In this document: in pieces, positions 7,373 to 17,032 of the stretch
Numbering within the stretch: the stretch's first letter is position 1
How the letters are laid out: every line of letters begins with the position of its first letter
Assembly (NCBI GenBank): GCA_050250855.1
Contig: JBFWNW010000002.1
Span: 197,925-261,924, forward strand
Length of the DNA stretch: 64,000 bases
Direction of reading: 5' to 3'
From: Candidatus Babeliales bacterium
GTDB taxonomy: Bacteria > Babelota > Babeliae > Babelales > JACPOV01
Notes under the pieces: generated by a model
What the model saw: only the letters and a program-made list of their open reading frames with translations
Told to the model about the DNA's origin: nothing
Databases searched by the model: none
Position numbers and translations under genes: made by a program

Positions 7373-8224
7373 TTAAACAATAATACAGCAAGTAGCTTTT
7401 TGTTGTTCAACTGGTTGTTCTGTAGGATTTTTAGCTTCTTTTGTTTTTTCTTCAATAAAGCTGAATCCTTCTTGATAGCTTTCATAATCTTTTTTGCCTT
7501 CTACTGATTGCAAAAGCTGAGCCATTCTTTTTTGTGCAACAACAAGCGGCGTTTCACCTTGTTTGTTTTTTTGCAAAAATGCTTTAGCTGGTATTTGTTT
7601 TAAGCAGTCCAGAACTTTTTTGTTAGGATTCATCGCAAAATGATGCAAAACTGTATTTTCTTGCTCATCCAACTTTTCAGCATAAGGAATTATAGTATAT
7701 TTTAGGGCAAACCTTAGATCGTCTTGCGTAGCAGAAGGTGCAAACGTTGGCAATGGATTATGATATTTACGTAAAATTTGCTTGCAAGCAATCAGTTGGT
7801 TAAAAAGTTTAAGTTTTGCTGGATCAAAATTTAAATCATCATCAGAAAATGCAGTTTCACTGGTGAAAAGTTCTTTTACTTGGCTATTGATAATGACAAA
7901 AGCGTTTTCTTTGCTTTTATTTTCTTTATTAAAGAGATCTGCGCTGCAGAATGACGCAACTACTTCAAGCATTTCCGGGTCAGCCTTCTGTGCAAAGGTA
8001 TGCAAAAGTGTATTGCCATCTTTATCTTGTTCTGTTAAAGAAAGTGTATTCAATTGCAGAGCAGTTCTTAAATTTTCAGCGCGATTATTTGCCGTAGATT
8101 CAGTGATCCATTGCTGTACCTGCTGTTGATTGCCGTTGTGCAAATGAGGAAATTCAGTTTGCTGTTCTGTTGCGTAAAGAGAACATAGGCAAAGAGCTGC
8201 TGAAACTATTACTAACTTTTTCAT
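7373..8224 (-). CDS. Ankyrin-repeat protein with signal peptide and C-terminal CaaX-like CIIV
   Basis: MKKLVIVSAALCLCSLYA signal; ANK-like units (DKDGNTLLHTFAQ..., ENTVLHHFAMN..., GETPLVVAQ). The last residues ...ATCCIIV-stop were verified codon by codon. Confidence 0.8.
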   Translation of the reverse strand: MKKLVIVSAALCLCSLYATEQQTEFPHLHNGNQQQVQQWITESTANNRAENLRTALQLNTLSLTEQDKDGNTLLHTFAQKADPEMLEVVASFCSADLFNKENKSKENAFVIINSQVKELFTSETAFSDDDLNFDPAKLKLFNQLIACKQILRKYHNPLPTFAPSATQDDLRFALKYTIIPYAEKLDEQENTVLHHFAMNPNKKVLDCLKQIPAKAFLQKNKQGETPLVVAQKRMAQLLQSVEGKKDYESYQEGFSFIEEKTKEAKNPTEQPVEQQKATCCIIV

Positions 8225-8240
8225 AGAAAACCTTTCTTTT

Positions 8241-10712
8241 TTATACTACCACGTAAGCTTTATACAACTCACCCTCTTGGGTCAGTGTTTCTTTGTCTAC
8301 CTTTTTTTCAGTAAATTTTAGAGCCTGTGCACGGGTAATGCCTTGCAATAAAGCTTGTTCTTTTGCCAAGCTATCACATATTTTTTTATCAGTGCAAGAA
8401 ATGGTCAACAAGGCAAGATCCGTTTTTAATGAAAGTTGCTGTTCACTTTTGAGTTTGCGTACTTGTGCAACAAGGTCAATTATTTTTTGGCCCAATTCAG
8501 CGCTTGCAATATTTTCTATCTTTTTTTGTACAGCAGCAAATTTAGTTTCATGCACTGAAGATGTTTGCAAACTATCCTTATACACTTCTTGAAAAATTGC
8601 TTCTGTTATATGCGGAATATAGGGAGCATAGAGTTGCAAAATACGTAAACCAACCGTAAAGAGCGTATACCTAGTTCCCTCAATTTCTTGAGCGCTATAT
8701 GAGCCAGGGTTAAAGAGCTGATCTTTTATGATCTCTAAATAGTTATCGCAAAAATCATGCCAGAAAAACTTTTCCGCCGTATCAAGCGCAAGGTTAAATT
8801 CATACGCATCAAGATATTTTTTGTAGGTAGCAAATGTTGTACTTGCTTGGTGCAATAACCATTCATTCATTAAGCCAAGTTGTGCAGGCACTTGCGCAGG
8901 AGCTTTATACTCTTGTATATGGCTGCTAATAAAAATAAAAGCATTCCACAATTTAGTGAGCAATTTTTGCCCAATTTTTAATTGCGTTTCAGAAAATGCT
9001 ACATCTTGTCCCAAGCTTGCAGATGCCGTCCAGTAGCGAATAGCGTCAGCGGGGAATGTTTGCAGTAAATGTTCAGGTGCAATTTTTTTCTGTTCTTTAG
9101 ATTTTGAAAGTTTTTCTTTGCCATCACTCAATACGTGGCCAGAAATAACAATATCACGCCATGGAATGGTATCATGATGCATCCAGGCTTTAATGATAGT
9201 ATAAAAAGCCCACGTGCGGATAATGTCATGCGCTTGAGGACGCATGCTCATGGGTAAAAATTCTTTAATGCCAGGATCTTCAAACGCAGAAACCATCTTT
9301 TTATCATAAACGCCGTAACAAATATACGGTGTTAATGAAGAAGTATTCCACGTATCCATAACATCAGTATCTGGCTTAATATCACTGCTACCACAAGCAG
9401 AACATGTTTTGCCAGGATAGGTTGTTTCTTGCGGATCGATTGGTAAATCTTTAATGTCCGGCAATAAAATTTCGTTACACTTTAGACAATGCCATACAGG
9501 AAATGGAATACCATAAAACCGTTGGCGCGATAAACACCAATCCCATGAAATATTTTCTACCCAATTTTTATAGCGGGATTTCATGTAAGCAGGGTGCCAA
9601 TTAATGGTATCTGCCAAATCTAAAAACTTTTGTTTGTACTCTAAAATTTTTAAAAACCACTGAGAAAGCGTTATATATTCAATCTCTTTTTTGCAGCGTT
9701 CATGAACGTTGACTGCATGCGTAATAGCTTTTTGTGCTTTGAGCAAGCCTTGCTCGTTAAGCAGTTCAAGTACCTTTTTGCGTGCATCATGTACTTTAAG
9801 CCCAGCAAGTGGCCCCGTATGTTCAAGCCATTTACCGTCATGGCCTAACGAAAGATTTTGTGGCAAATTATGTTTTTTTATCCACATAATGTCAGTTTTA
9901 TCCCCAAATGCACAGCACATAACAAGGCCTGTTCCTTTTTCAGGGTTTACCAGTTCATCAGGCATGATAGGAACTTCAAGGCCAAATAAGGGAACAACCG
10001 CCTTTTTGCCTTTTAATGCTTGATAGCGTGCATCATTGGGATGATAAAAAACGGCAACACAGGAAGGTAATAATTCTGGGCGTGTTGTGCCAATAATAAG
10101 CTCTTGGCCATCGGTTGCTTTAAAAATAATATCATTAAAATGAGAAGGTTTTTCCATGTCATCAAGCTCTGCTTGTGCAACAGAGGTGCGGCAGGTAGTA
10201 CAATATAAAGCGGGTTCAAATTTACGGTAGACAAAGCCTTTTTTATATAAACGAATAAATGATTCTTGAGATATTTTTCTGGTGCTCGCAGAAATAGTAG
10301 AATAGGTTTCTTGCCAGTTAGCAGAAATACCCATGCGTTGCCACAAATCAGCAAATTGTTGCTCGACTTCGTGCGTTACTTCAAGGCATAGATCAATAAA
10401 CTTTGAGCGGCCGACCTGGTGCGGTGCTACTTCAAGCTTTTTTTCTACATAACGCTCAGTTGGCAATCCGTTATCATCAAAGCCAAAAGGATAAAATACC
10501 GAAAAACCATCCATACGCTTGTAGCGGGCAATAATATCAGTTTGGGTATAAGAAAAAATATGCCCAATATGGAGCGAACCAGAAACTGTTGGCGGTGGCG
10601 TGTCCACGCTAAACAGTTTGCCAGGATGTTTTGAGCGGTTATATGTTTGTTCCGCTTGCCATTTTTCTTGAACTTTTTTTTCTTCGTGCAGGTGTTCGTA
10701 TCGTTTTTCCAT
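8241..10712 (-). CDS. valS: Valine--tRNA ligase
   Basis: Class I signatures PPPTVSGSLHIGH and KLSKSK; FGFDDNGLPTERYVE as in the shorter ValRS type; 823 aa. Confidence 0.85.
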   Translation of the reverse strand: MEKRYEHLHEEKKVQEKWQAEQTYNRSKHPGKLFSVDTPPPTVSGSLHIGHIFSYTQTDIIARYKRMDGFSVFYPFGFDDNGLPTERYVEKKLEVAPHQVGRSKFIDLCLEVTHEVEQQFADLWQRMGISANWQETYSTISASTRKISQESFIRLYKKGFVYRKFEPALYCTTCRTSVAQAELDDMEKPSHFNDIIFKATDGQELIIGTTRPELLPSCVAVFYHPNDARYQALKGKKAVVPLFGLEVPIMPDELVNPEKGTGLVMCCAFGDKTDIMWIKKHNLPQNLSLGHDGKWLEHTGPLAGLKVHDARKKVLELLNEQGLLKAQKAITHAVNVHERCKKEIEYITLSQWFLKILEYKQKFLDLADTINWHPAYMKSRYKNWVENISWDWCLSRQRFYGIPFPVWHCLKCNEILLPDIKDLPIDPQETTYPGKTCSACGSSDIKPDTDVMDTWNTSSLTPYICYGVYDKKMVSAFEDPGIKEFLPMSMRPQAHDIIRTWAFYTIIKAWMHHDTIPWRDIVISGHVLSDGKEKLSKSKEQKKIAPEHLLQTFPADAIRYWTASASLGQDVAFSETQLKIGQKLLTKLWNAFIFISSHIQEYKAPAQVPAQLGLMNEWLLHQASTTFATYKKYLDAYEFNLALDTAEKFFWHDFCDNYLEIIKDQLFNPGSYSAQEIEGTRYTLFTVGLRILQLYAPYIPHITEAIFQEVYKDSLQTSSVHETKFAAVQKKIENIASAELGQKIIDLVAQVRKLKSEQQLSLKTDLALLTISCTDKKICDSLAKEQALLQGITRAQALKFTEKKVDKETLTQEGELYKAYVVV

Positions 10713-10731
10713 AATTTTTTATCTAGGTTGT

Positions 10732-10807
10732 GTTCGTACCCTTCGACAAGCTCAGGGCGACTGAATAATCGGTCATACTGAGCGAGGGTTAACCCGAGTC
10801 GAAGTAT
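10732..10807. repeat. P-type element (variant)
   Basis: Starts GTTCGTACCCTTCGACAAGCTCAGGGCGA. Its right half (GGTCATACTGAGCGAGGGTTAACCCGAGTCGAAGTAT) is the reverse complement of 31556-31592. Confidence 0.85.
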
Positions 10808-10905
10808 AAAATAATAAAATTTAAGATAAGTCGCTAAAATTAAGTATAGCCGCTTACACTCTTTTTTCAAAGTGCAAGCGGCTATTTCAAGGGGCTATCG
10901 TTATA

Positions 10906-13167
10906 TTACGCTGCCAGGCGGGGATATTTTTGCTTAAGTTGAGCGAGTGATCCCTGTGCAGCTTCACGTAAAGAAGCAGGCATTTTTTCATTTTTCACAA
11001 AAAGCTCGAGCATATCTTTTGCTTCAGTAGGTCTGCCAACGCGCTCAAGGCATGCAATCATGCGTAGTTCTAATTGAGGAACATTAAGGTTGAGGCGTTG
11101 TGCTTTTTCATACTGTTCCAGTGCGGCATCATGCTGCCCTAAGTTCATATAACATTCGCCAAGGTTATAGCAATGAATACCGCTTGACGGTTGTACTTGT
11201 GCTAAGCGCTTGAAGTAGCCAGCTGCTTCTTGGTAGTTTTTGCTGAGCAGTAATACGTTGGCCATTTTATTTACATAATCAAGAGAGCCAGGATTAAACA
11301 TTAAAAGCTTTTGCATAGCAAAAAGAGCTTCATCATATTTTTTCATAGCAATAGCAGCATTTGCATAAACCTGGAATCCTGCTTCATTATCAAGGTCACA
11401 ACGCGTACAAGCAGTTCTGAAATGTTCAAGCGCAAGTTCATTATTACCGCGTTCCAGCGCAATCTTGCCAAGATTGTAATAGGCTTTGCCATAATGTGGG
11501 CGCAGTTGAACGGCGATGCCAAGTACTTTTTCAGCTTTTTCGAGTTCTTTTTGTTGAATAAAGAATGAAGCCAAATTATTATACGCCTCAGGATAATACG
11601 GATGAATTCTAATAGCTTGTTGGAGCGTTTCAATAGCAAGCGTTAACTTATTGGTCATAGAATATGCAACAGCCAAATTATTCCATGGATCTGGGTAGTT
11701 GCGGTCCATTTGAATAGCTTTTTTATATAAAGGAATAGAGCCTTGCAAATCTCCTTTTTCTGATAATGCTACGGCCAAGTTATTATAAGCGCGCGCTTTG
11801 CCAGGTGCATTTTCAATAATATTACTCCAAAATTCTTCACTTGAACGCCATACTTTATTGCGATCATACGTACTAAAACCCATAGGAAGTGCAAGAAGCA
11901 TAATAGCAGCATACTGCGTTTGTGCATGCGTGAGCATTGGTTCTAATGCCATAATTTTAGGACTTACCATGGTAATAAGTTTTACAATACCGCAGGCAAT
12001 AACAAATAAGATTCCCACTGAAGCAAGATATGTTTTGTAATCTGCTAACAACTCAGAAGACGGGATAATGCTTGAGCGTGGCAGCACCGCAACAAAGAAC
12101 CATAAAATACCAAATGCAATGATATTTGTTCTATTTTTACGCAATAAATAAATAGTAACCGCTGCAATGGCAAGTAATACGCATAATGGTAAAATGCAAT
12201 CTGGTGCAAAAAAGTGTGTAACGAGTTTCCAATCATATTCAACACTAATAGTAAATGGCCAGAAAAACATGAATATATAATGGAGCATTACTTTAAATTG
12301 TGAAATGAAAAAGTGTAATGGATAAATTTTTTGACCAGGTTCTTCTGTTAATAAATTACCAATGTTGTTGCGTGCTTCTAGTTTAAGGCCAATTAAATTA
12401 GTAAAAAAGCTTGGTTTATAAAAATGAATAAAAATTACAAAAATTATCAATGCAACGCCGGCATGTATTAAAAGACGCTTTTTAAGATCTGCAAAATCTC
12501 CTTGGGCAACAAAAAACCAATCAATCATTAATAAAAGTAGTGGCGCTACAATAAAAATTTCTTTAGTGCCGGTTGCAAAAAAGGTAAGTACATATAATAA
12601 TGCCGTGAGCAAAGCACGTGTTGTGCTTGATGTTACTTGGGTAAGCCATAAAAAGCACAAGCTCATAGCAACAACAAAAAGTCCTGCCAACCCTTCAAGG
12701 CGCCCTTGAATAATGTAGCTGATGGTTTGTGTTTGCACGGGATGAAGCATAAAAAGTGCTGCTGTGCAGAATGCGATAGCAAAATCATACTGCTTGAAGA
12801 ATGAATCTTTTTTAACTAAGTGAAGCAAGCTATATATTAAATAAAAAACCAAGATGCCGGCTATAATATGGAAGCTAATATTAAATAAGCGATAATAAAA
12901 AGGCTTAAACATACCCAAGCGATAATTAACGGCATTAAGCCAAAAGGGGATCCAGCGCGTGCTGGTGAAAAATGCTTGGTCAAACGTTAAGTGGCGAATG
13001 GAGAAATACTTTTGAATATTTGCTACATCATCAAACTGGAAATTATAATTGAGCGAAGGATAATAAAAAAGTCCTGTTAAAAAAGAAAGCACAACGGGAG
13101 GAATAATCCAATAAAGCCATGATGAAATTTTACCCGAACTGCTTTGTAGAATAGTTGTTTTTTCCAT
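10906..13167 (-). CDS. Polytopic membrane protein with C-terminal TPR array (TMTC/PMT-like glycosyltransferase architecture)
   Basis: N-terminal ~430 aa are multi-pass hydrophobic, with FQFDDVANI near the first loop. The C-terminal ~300 aa carry repeated TPR units (AYNNLAVAL..., PWNNLAVAY..., AYNNLASFF..., AYYNLGKIA...). Confidence 0.75.
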   Translation of the reverse strand: MEKTTILQSSSGKISSWLYWIIPPVVLSFLTGLFYYPSLNYNFQFDDVANIQKYFSIRHLTFDQAFFTSTRWIPFWLNAVNYRLGMFKPFYYRLFNISFHIIAGILVFYLIYSLLHLVKKDSFFKQYDFAIAFCTAALFMLHPVQTQTISYIIQGRLEGLAGLFVVAMSLCFLWLTQVTSSTTRALLTALLYVLTFFATGTKEIFIVAPLLLLMIDWFFVAQGDFADLKKRLLIHAGVALIIFVIFIHFYKPSFFTNLIGLKLEARNNIGNLLTEEPGQKIYPLHFFISQFKVMLHYIFMFFWPFTISVEYDWKLVTHFFAPDCILPLCVLLAIAAVTIYLLRKNRTNIIAFGILWFFVAVLPRSSIIPSSELLADYKTYLASVGILFVIACGIVKLITMVSPKIMALEPMLTHAQTQYAAIMLLALPMGFSTYDRNKVWRSSEEFWSNIIENAPGKARAYNNLAVALSEKGDLQGSIPLYKKAIQMDRNYPDPWNNLAVAYSMTNKLTLAIETLQQAIRIHPYYPEAYNNLASFFIQQKELEKAEKVLGIAVQLRPHYGKAYYNLGKIALERGNNELALEHFRTACTRCDLDNEAGFQVYANAAIAMKKYDEALFAMQKLLMFNPGSLDYVNKMANVLLLSKNYQEAAGYFKRLAQVQPSSGIHCYNLGECYMNLGQHDAALEQYEKAQRLNLNVPQLELRMIACLERVGRPTEAKDMLELFVKNEKMPASLREAAQGSLAQLKQKYPRLAA

Positions 13168-13266
13168 TGCATCTCCTTTTTGAGAATATGGATTATGTTT
13201 TTCTAATAGCTAAAGCTTAGTCTACTGAACTCATCAATCTTGTCGAGCTCTTTTTTTATAGCGCGT

Positions 13267-13295
13267 TTGACCTGAATGGTTCTTTGTTTTACACT
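13267..13295 (+). promoter_or_regulatory. Candidate sigma70-type promoter
   Basis: TTGACC (13267-13272), 17 nt spacer, TACACT (13290-13295), ~28 nt upstream of the ATG at 13324. Confidence 0.4.
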
Positions 13296-13323
13296 AAAAG
13301 AAGTTTTTTAAGGAATAAAAATT

Positions 13324-14025
13324 ATGATAAATCTTCGTTTAATTCAAGACGTTAATTGGTTGATCGCCGTTTTACTTGCCTACACTTTTAGCGCTACAAC
13401 GGCCGGATATTTTCAAGCATGGGCTGCACGTAAACTGGGTGATTCTGCTCCAGAACAAGAAGGATTTTTGACCTGGTCACCTTTGGTGCACATAGATCCT
13501 CTTGGCGCATTCTGTTTATTATTTTTTGGCATAGGGTGGGGCAAATTTATGCCACTCCATCCAGAGCATCTGCGCAGTAAATTTCGCGTATTGTTGCTAT
13601 TTTTAGCAAAGCCTGCTGCGTATATGGGTATTGCATTTTTTGCATTACTTTCCTTATTGCGCTTTTTTGGACTCCATGCATTATCAGTTGTTTTATATAT
13701 GATTAGCGCAGAATCAATGTCTCTGCGTCCCTTGGCAGAGTTGTATCCAACACATTCTTCATTTACATTAGCACTAGCGCTTATTCTTTTTATGTTGGTC
13801 TACATAGGGATTCTATTTGCAGTTCTTAATTTAATTATAGGATGTTTGCGTTTTTTAACCTTTACTTCACTCGAGCGCTATTTTAATCTACAGGAAGGTG
13901 ATTTTGCTTCCTTACTTCTTTCTTTTTTGTTAATTTTATTATTAGCGCGTCCCTTAAAATTACTGGTTGTTTATACAATCTATACACTGGCTTATTATGG
14001 AGCCCCTTTTATAGGAGCAATGTAA
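13324..14025 (+). CDS. Site-2 protease (M50)-like membrane protein lacking the HExxH motif
   Basis: AWAARKLGDSAPEQEGFLTWSPLVHIDPLGAF...GWGK matches the conserved block that follows HExxH in small M50 proteins (H-E-x-x-H-A-x-x-A-x-x-L-G-D ... L-N-P-x-x-H-I-D-P-x-G). The HExxH position reads AGYFQ. Confidence 0.7.
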   Translation: MINLRLIQDVNWLIAVLLAYTFSATTAGYFQAWAARKLGDSAPEQEGFLTWSPLVHIDPLGAFCLLFFGIGWGKFMPLHPEHLRSKFRVLLLFLAKPAAYMGIAFFALLSLLRFFGLHALSVVLYMISAESMSLRPLAELYPTHSSFTLALALILFMLVYIGILFAVLNLIIGCLRFLTFTSLERYFNLQEGDFASLLLSFLLILLLARPLKLLVVYTIYTLAYYGAPFIGAM

Positions 14026-14026
14026 C

Positions 14027-15223
14027 GTGACTGACTATGAAAAGCAGTTTCAAACATTAAAAGCTGGCACTGCGCAGGTAGTTCCAGAAACTGAATTTTT
14101 GAAAAAATTAAAAAAAGGTAAAAAATTACGTATAAAACTTGGCATGGATCCCACAGCGCCAGATTTGCATTTGGGCCATGCAGTTGTGCTTTCTAAAATG
14201 CGTGAGTTTCAAGATTTAGGACATGAAGTAATTTTTTTAATTGGTGATTTTACAGCGCGTATCGGTGACCCAACAGGAAAATCAAAAACGCGTCCTCCTT
14301 TAACCGAAGAAGAAATTGCACGTAATACTGCCACCTATTTTGAACAAGTAAGTCGCATTTTAGATCCTAAAAAAGTTTCTATTCGCTTTAATGCAGAATG
14401 GCTTGATAAACTTTCTGCAAAAGATATTATCAACATAACTTCAAAAATTACGGTAGCGCAGCTTATTGAGCGTGAAGATTTTGCTAATCGTATCAAAAAG
14501 CATGAGCCTATTAGTTTTCATGAACTGTTGTATCCTCTTTGCCAGGCGTATGATTCTGTAGAATTAAAAGCAGATGTTGAACTTGGTGGTACTGACCAAA
14601 CATTTAATTTATTAATGGGGCGCGATTTGCAAGAACGCTTTGGGCAAGAGGGGCAAGTTATTATGACGCTGCCAATTTTAGAGGGGCTTGATGGCGTACA
14701 AAAAATGTCAAAATCATTGGGCAATTATGTTGGTCTTGCAGAACAGGCTTCACAAGCATTTGGTAAATTGATGTCAATGCCCGATAGTATAATGTGGCGT
14801 TATTTAAAATTGTTACTTGCAATGCCAGATGCAGAAGTTAGCCGCTTGCAAGAGCAAGTTGCTGCTGGTACTACGCATCCCATGGCACTCAAAAAGAAAA
14901 TGGCGCATGATATTATTGCAAAATTTTGGTCACCAGATCAGGCAGTTGAAGCTGAACGCCAATTTGAAGCGGTATTTCAGCAGCGTGATTATTCAAAAGC
15001 AACAGAATTTGTTATGCCGGCAGATTCACCAAACCCGATCTGGATTATTGAGCTTATGAAACTACTCGGCACTATAGATTCATCTTCACAAGGCCGCCGA
15101 TTAGTGCAAGAAGGTGCTGTAAAAATTGATGAGAAAAAAGTAGCTGATGTACAAGAAAAAATTCATTGGCGCACTGGCATGCAGGTAAAGATTGGGAAAC
15201 ATCATATTTTTAAACTGATGTGA
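14027..15223 (+). CDS. tyrS: Tyrosine--tRNA ligase
   Basis: GTG start; HLGH and KMSKS signatures; GDFTARIGDPTGK; C-terminal S4-like domain (GRRLVQEGAVKIDEKKV). Confidence 0.9.
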   Translation: MTDYEKQFQTLKAGTAQVVPETEFLKKLKKGKKLRIKLGMDPTAPDLHLGHAVVLSKMREFQDLGHEVIFLIGDFTARIGDPTGKSKTRPPLTEEEIARNTATYFEQVSRILDPKKVSIRFNAEWLDKLSAKDIINITSKITVAQLIEREDFANRIKKHEPISFHELLYPLCQAYDSVELKADVELGGTDQTFNLLMGRDLQERFGQEGQVIMTLPILEGLDGVQKMSKSLGNYVGLAEQASQAFGKLMSMPDSIMWRYLKLLLAMPDAEVSRLQEQVAAGTTHPMALKKKMAHDIIAKFWSPDQAVEAERQFEAVFQQRDYSKATEFVMPADSPNPIWIIELMKLLGTIDSSSQGRRLVQEGAVKIDEKKVADVQEKIHWRTGMQVKIGKHHIFKLM

Positions 15224-15226
15224 TTC

Positions 15227-15256
15227 TTGCTACTTTTTTTTAATTCATGCTAGGAT
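15227..15256 (+). promoter_or_regulatory. Candidate extended -10 promoter (duplicated at 16154-16183)
   Basis: TTGCTA, 18 nt spacer, TGcTAGGAT, followed by a conserved leader and the AAAGGAGA RBS. The whole block is repeated upstream of the next paralogue. Confidence 0.4.
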
Positions 15257-15299
15257 GACAAAGATAGTTTCACACTCATAACCCAAAGGAGATAGTGTT

Positions 15300-16022
15300 A
15301 TGAAATTTTTCCGTAGTTTATCCTTTATTGCCTTTTTGGCAGTAGCTTGTGTTCATGCAGGAGAAGCACAAAGACTTTCTGGTGAATTAAAACAATTGGA
15401 TATGCAACTTGATGGCTTGACCCAGTCTCTTAATAAATTGGGAGAGGTGAAGTCAGAGCCTAAGAAAGCACCAAGAAATGTTTTTGAGCCTAAGCAACAA
15501 GTTATATTAAATGTAGAAAAACTACATTATATAATTTCATCTGAAGCTACTAAGTCATTGCTTGATGTTTTCCGTCAAGGATTAGCTGTGAATCCAATGC
15601 TAGCTTGGACTGATTTAAATAACATTCAAGCATCTGATAATTATGAAAAACCTATTGTTTTGATTCAAGCAATGGGAGATAAAAATGCATTATTTACACC
15701 TGCGCATAGTGGTGGATATTCTGCTATAACAGAAAAAATATTAGATGTTAATCATAAGACAAAAAAACCTATTTTTATTATTTTGTCATCTAAAATTCCT
15801 GCAATTCAATCTAATGTTGAATGGTTTAAAAAAACACTTGCAGATCAGCTTAACGAACAAGATCATAAGAGCTTTGTAGCGAATGGAGGCACTATTTACT
15901 TCTTTACAACTAATGATGCTTTTTCAGAAATAATTAATTTTATGGATAATAACAGTTTCACAGATTATAATCAAAAGCAATTTAATGAAATTCATCAGCA
16001 GCTTAAATCAGAAGTATTATAA
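15300..16022 (+). CDS. Secreted protein, family S member 1
   Basis: Signal peptide MKFFRSLSFIAFLAVACVHA, then a heptad-like LSGELKQLDMQLDGLTQSLNKLG, a linker and an alpha/beta-looking C-terminal domain. N-terminus nearly identical to 16228. Confidence 0.8.
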   Translation: MKFFRSLSFIAFLAVACVHAGEAQRLSGELKQLDMQLDGLTQSLNKLGEVKSEPKKAPRNVFEPKQQVILNVEKLHYIISSEATKSLLDVFRQGLAVNPMLAWTDLNNIQASDNYEKPIVLIQAMGDKNALFTPAHSGGYSAITEKILDVNHKTKKPIFIILSSKIPAIQSNVEWFKKTLADQLNEQDHKSFVANGGTIYFFTTNDAFSEIINFMDNNSFTDYNQKQFNEIHQQLKSEVL

Positions 16023-16047
16023 AATTAAGATCTTTTATTTTATGTCA

Positions 16048-16079
16048 ATGGGACCCCTACTAGGTCCCATTTTTTTTTC
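16048..16079 (+). terminator. Rho-independent terminator
   Basis: ATGGGACC-CCTACTA-GGTCCCAT (8 bp stem) followed by a T9 run. Confidence 0.8.
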
Positions 16080-16153
16080 TAGATAAAGGTTCTTTTTTCA
16101 TTTTTTGTATTAAAACTTACCAGAGATTTTTATAGCAGGAATTGATGTGATTC

Positions 16154-16183
16154 TTGCAACTTTTTTTTAATTCATGCTAGGAT
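16154..16183 (+). promoter_or_regulatory. Candidate extended -10 promoter, second copy
   Basis: TTGCAA, 18 nt spacer, TGcTAGGAT. It lies inside the duplicated block that starts at 16144. Confidence 0.4.
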
Positions 16184-16227
16184 GACAAAAGATAGTTTCA
16201 CACTCATAACCCAAAGGAGATAGTGTT

Positions 16228-16968
16228 ATGAAATTTTTCCGTAGTTTATCTTTTATTGTTTTTCTGGCAACTGCCTGCGCTCATGCTGGTGAAGCACAAA
16301 GACTTTCTGGTGAATTAAAAAATTTAAATATGCAATTGGATGGCTTGAATGATTCTCTTGGCAAATTAGGTATGATGCCAACTAGAACGCCAAAAGAAGA
16401 GCCAAAAGAAAAGTCTGCATATGAACGACAAATGGAGCTAGAAAGAGAGAGAGAAGAAAGAGAAAGTAAAAAAGAAGTGGCAGTTTTGGCTACACAAGCA
16501 GATCAACAATCAGCAACCGATATTGTTAAACAATTGCCGGATTTAAAAATTCAATTTAACGCATCTCCTAAATCTGTAATACCTCCTCATCTTGCTAATA
16601 ATAAAGATTATGCTTTAGTTTTTTTATTTGATAAAGATGTTCCGTATATTCAAGAAGAAGAACATGAACAACAAAAAGCAACTATTGCAGCTGTAGTTGA
16701 ACATTTTAAAAAGAATTATAAAGATTTGATAGAGAAATCTGCAAGTAGTATAACAAATCCTATATATGTTTTCTTTAGTGACAGAGTTTCTCAGCTCTAT
16801 TCTTCAAATCTAGAAAGAGCATTGAAGAATGATTTAGAATTAGGAAAAATATTTACTCCAAAAAGACTAGAGCATTTTCAAATAATTACCCCAGAAGGGG
16901 GCAATTATAAGCTTAGTCAAAATGCGGTGCAAACTATATACAGTTTTGTACAGCAGTTTGAAAAATAA
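16228..16968 (+). CDS. Secreted protein, family S member 2
   Basis: MKFFRSLSFIVFLATACAHAGEAQRLSGELKNLNMQLDGL..., an E/R/K-rich linker and a divergent C-terminal domain. Confidence 0.8.
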   Translation: MKFFRSLSFIVFLATACAHAGEAQRLSGELKNLNMQLDGLNDSLGKLGMMPTRTPKEEPKEKSAYERQMELEREREERESKKEVAVLATQADQQSATDIVKQLPDLKIQFNASPKSVIPPHLANNKDYALVFLFDKDVPYIQEEEHEQQKATIAAVVEHFKKNYKDLIEKSASSITNPIYVFFSDRVSQLYSSNLERALKNDLELGKIFTPKRLEHFQIITPEGGNYKLSQNAVQTIYSFVQQFEK

Positions 16969-17032
16969 AATTAATTTTTATTTTTACTAAAAGGAGCCTA
17001 TACAGGCCCCTTTTAACCTCTAGGGGAATAGT

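Noticed and set aside
8293-10634. ORFs antisense to or out of frame within valS (8293..8592, 9709..10023, 10013..10354, 10419..10634). Similar nested ORFs occur inside ftsA/ftsZ, secA, tamB, gspE, hisS and the TPR gene.
   Set aside because: They are nested in long, motif-supported genes, with no RBS and no recognisable domains. Ser/Cys/Phe-rich compositions are typical of off-frame translation.
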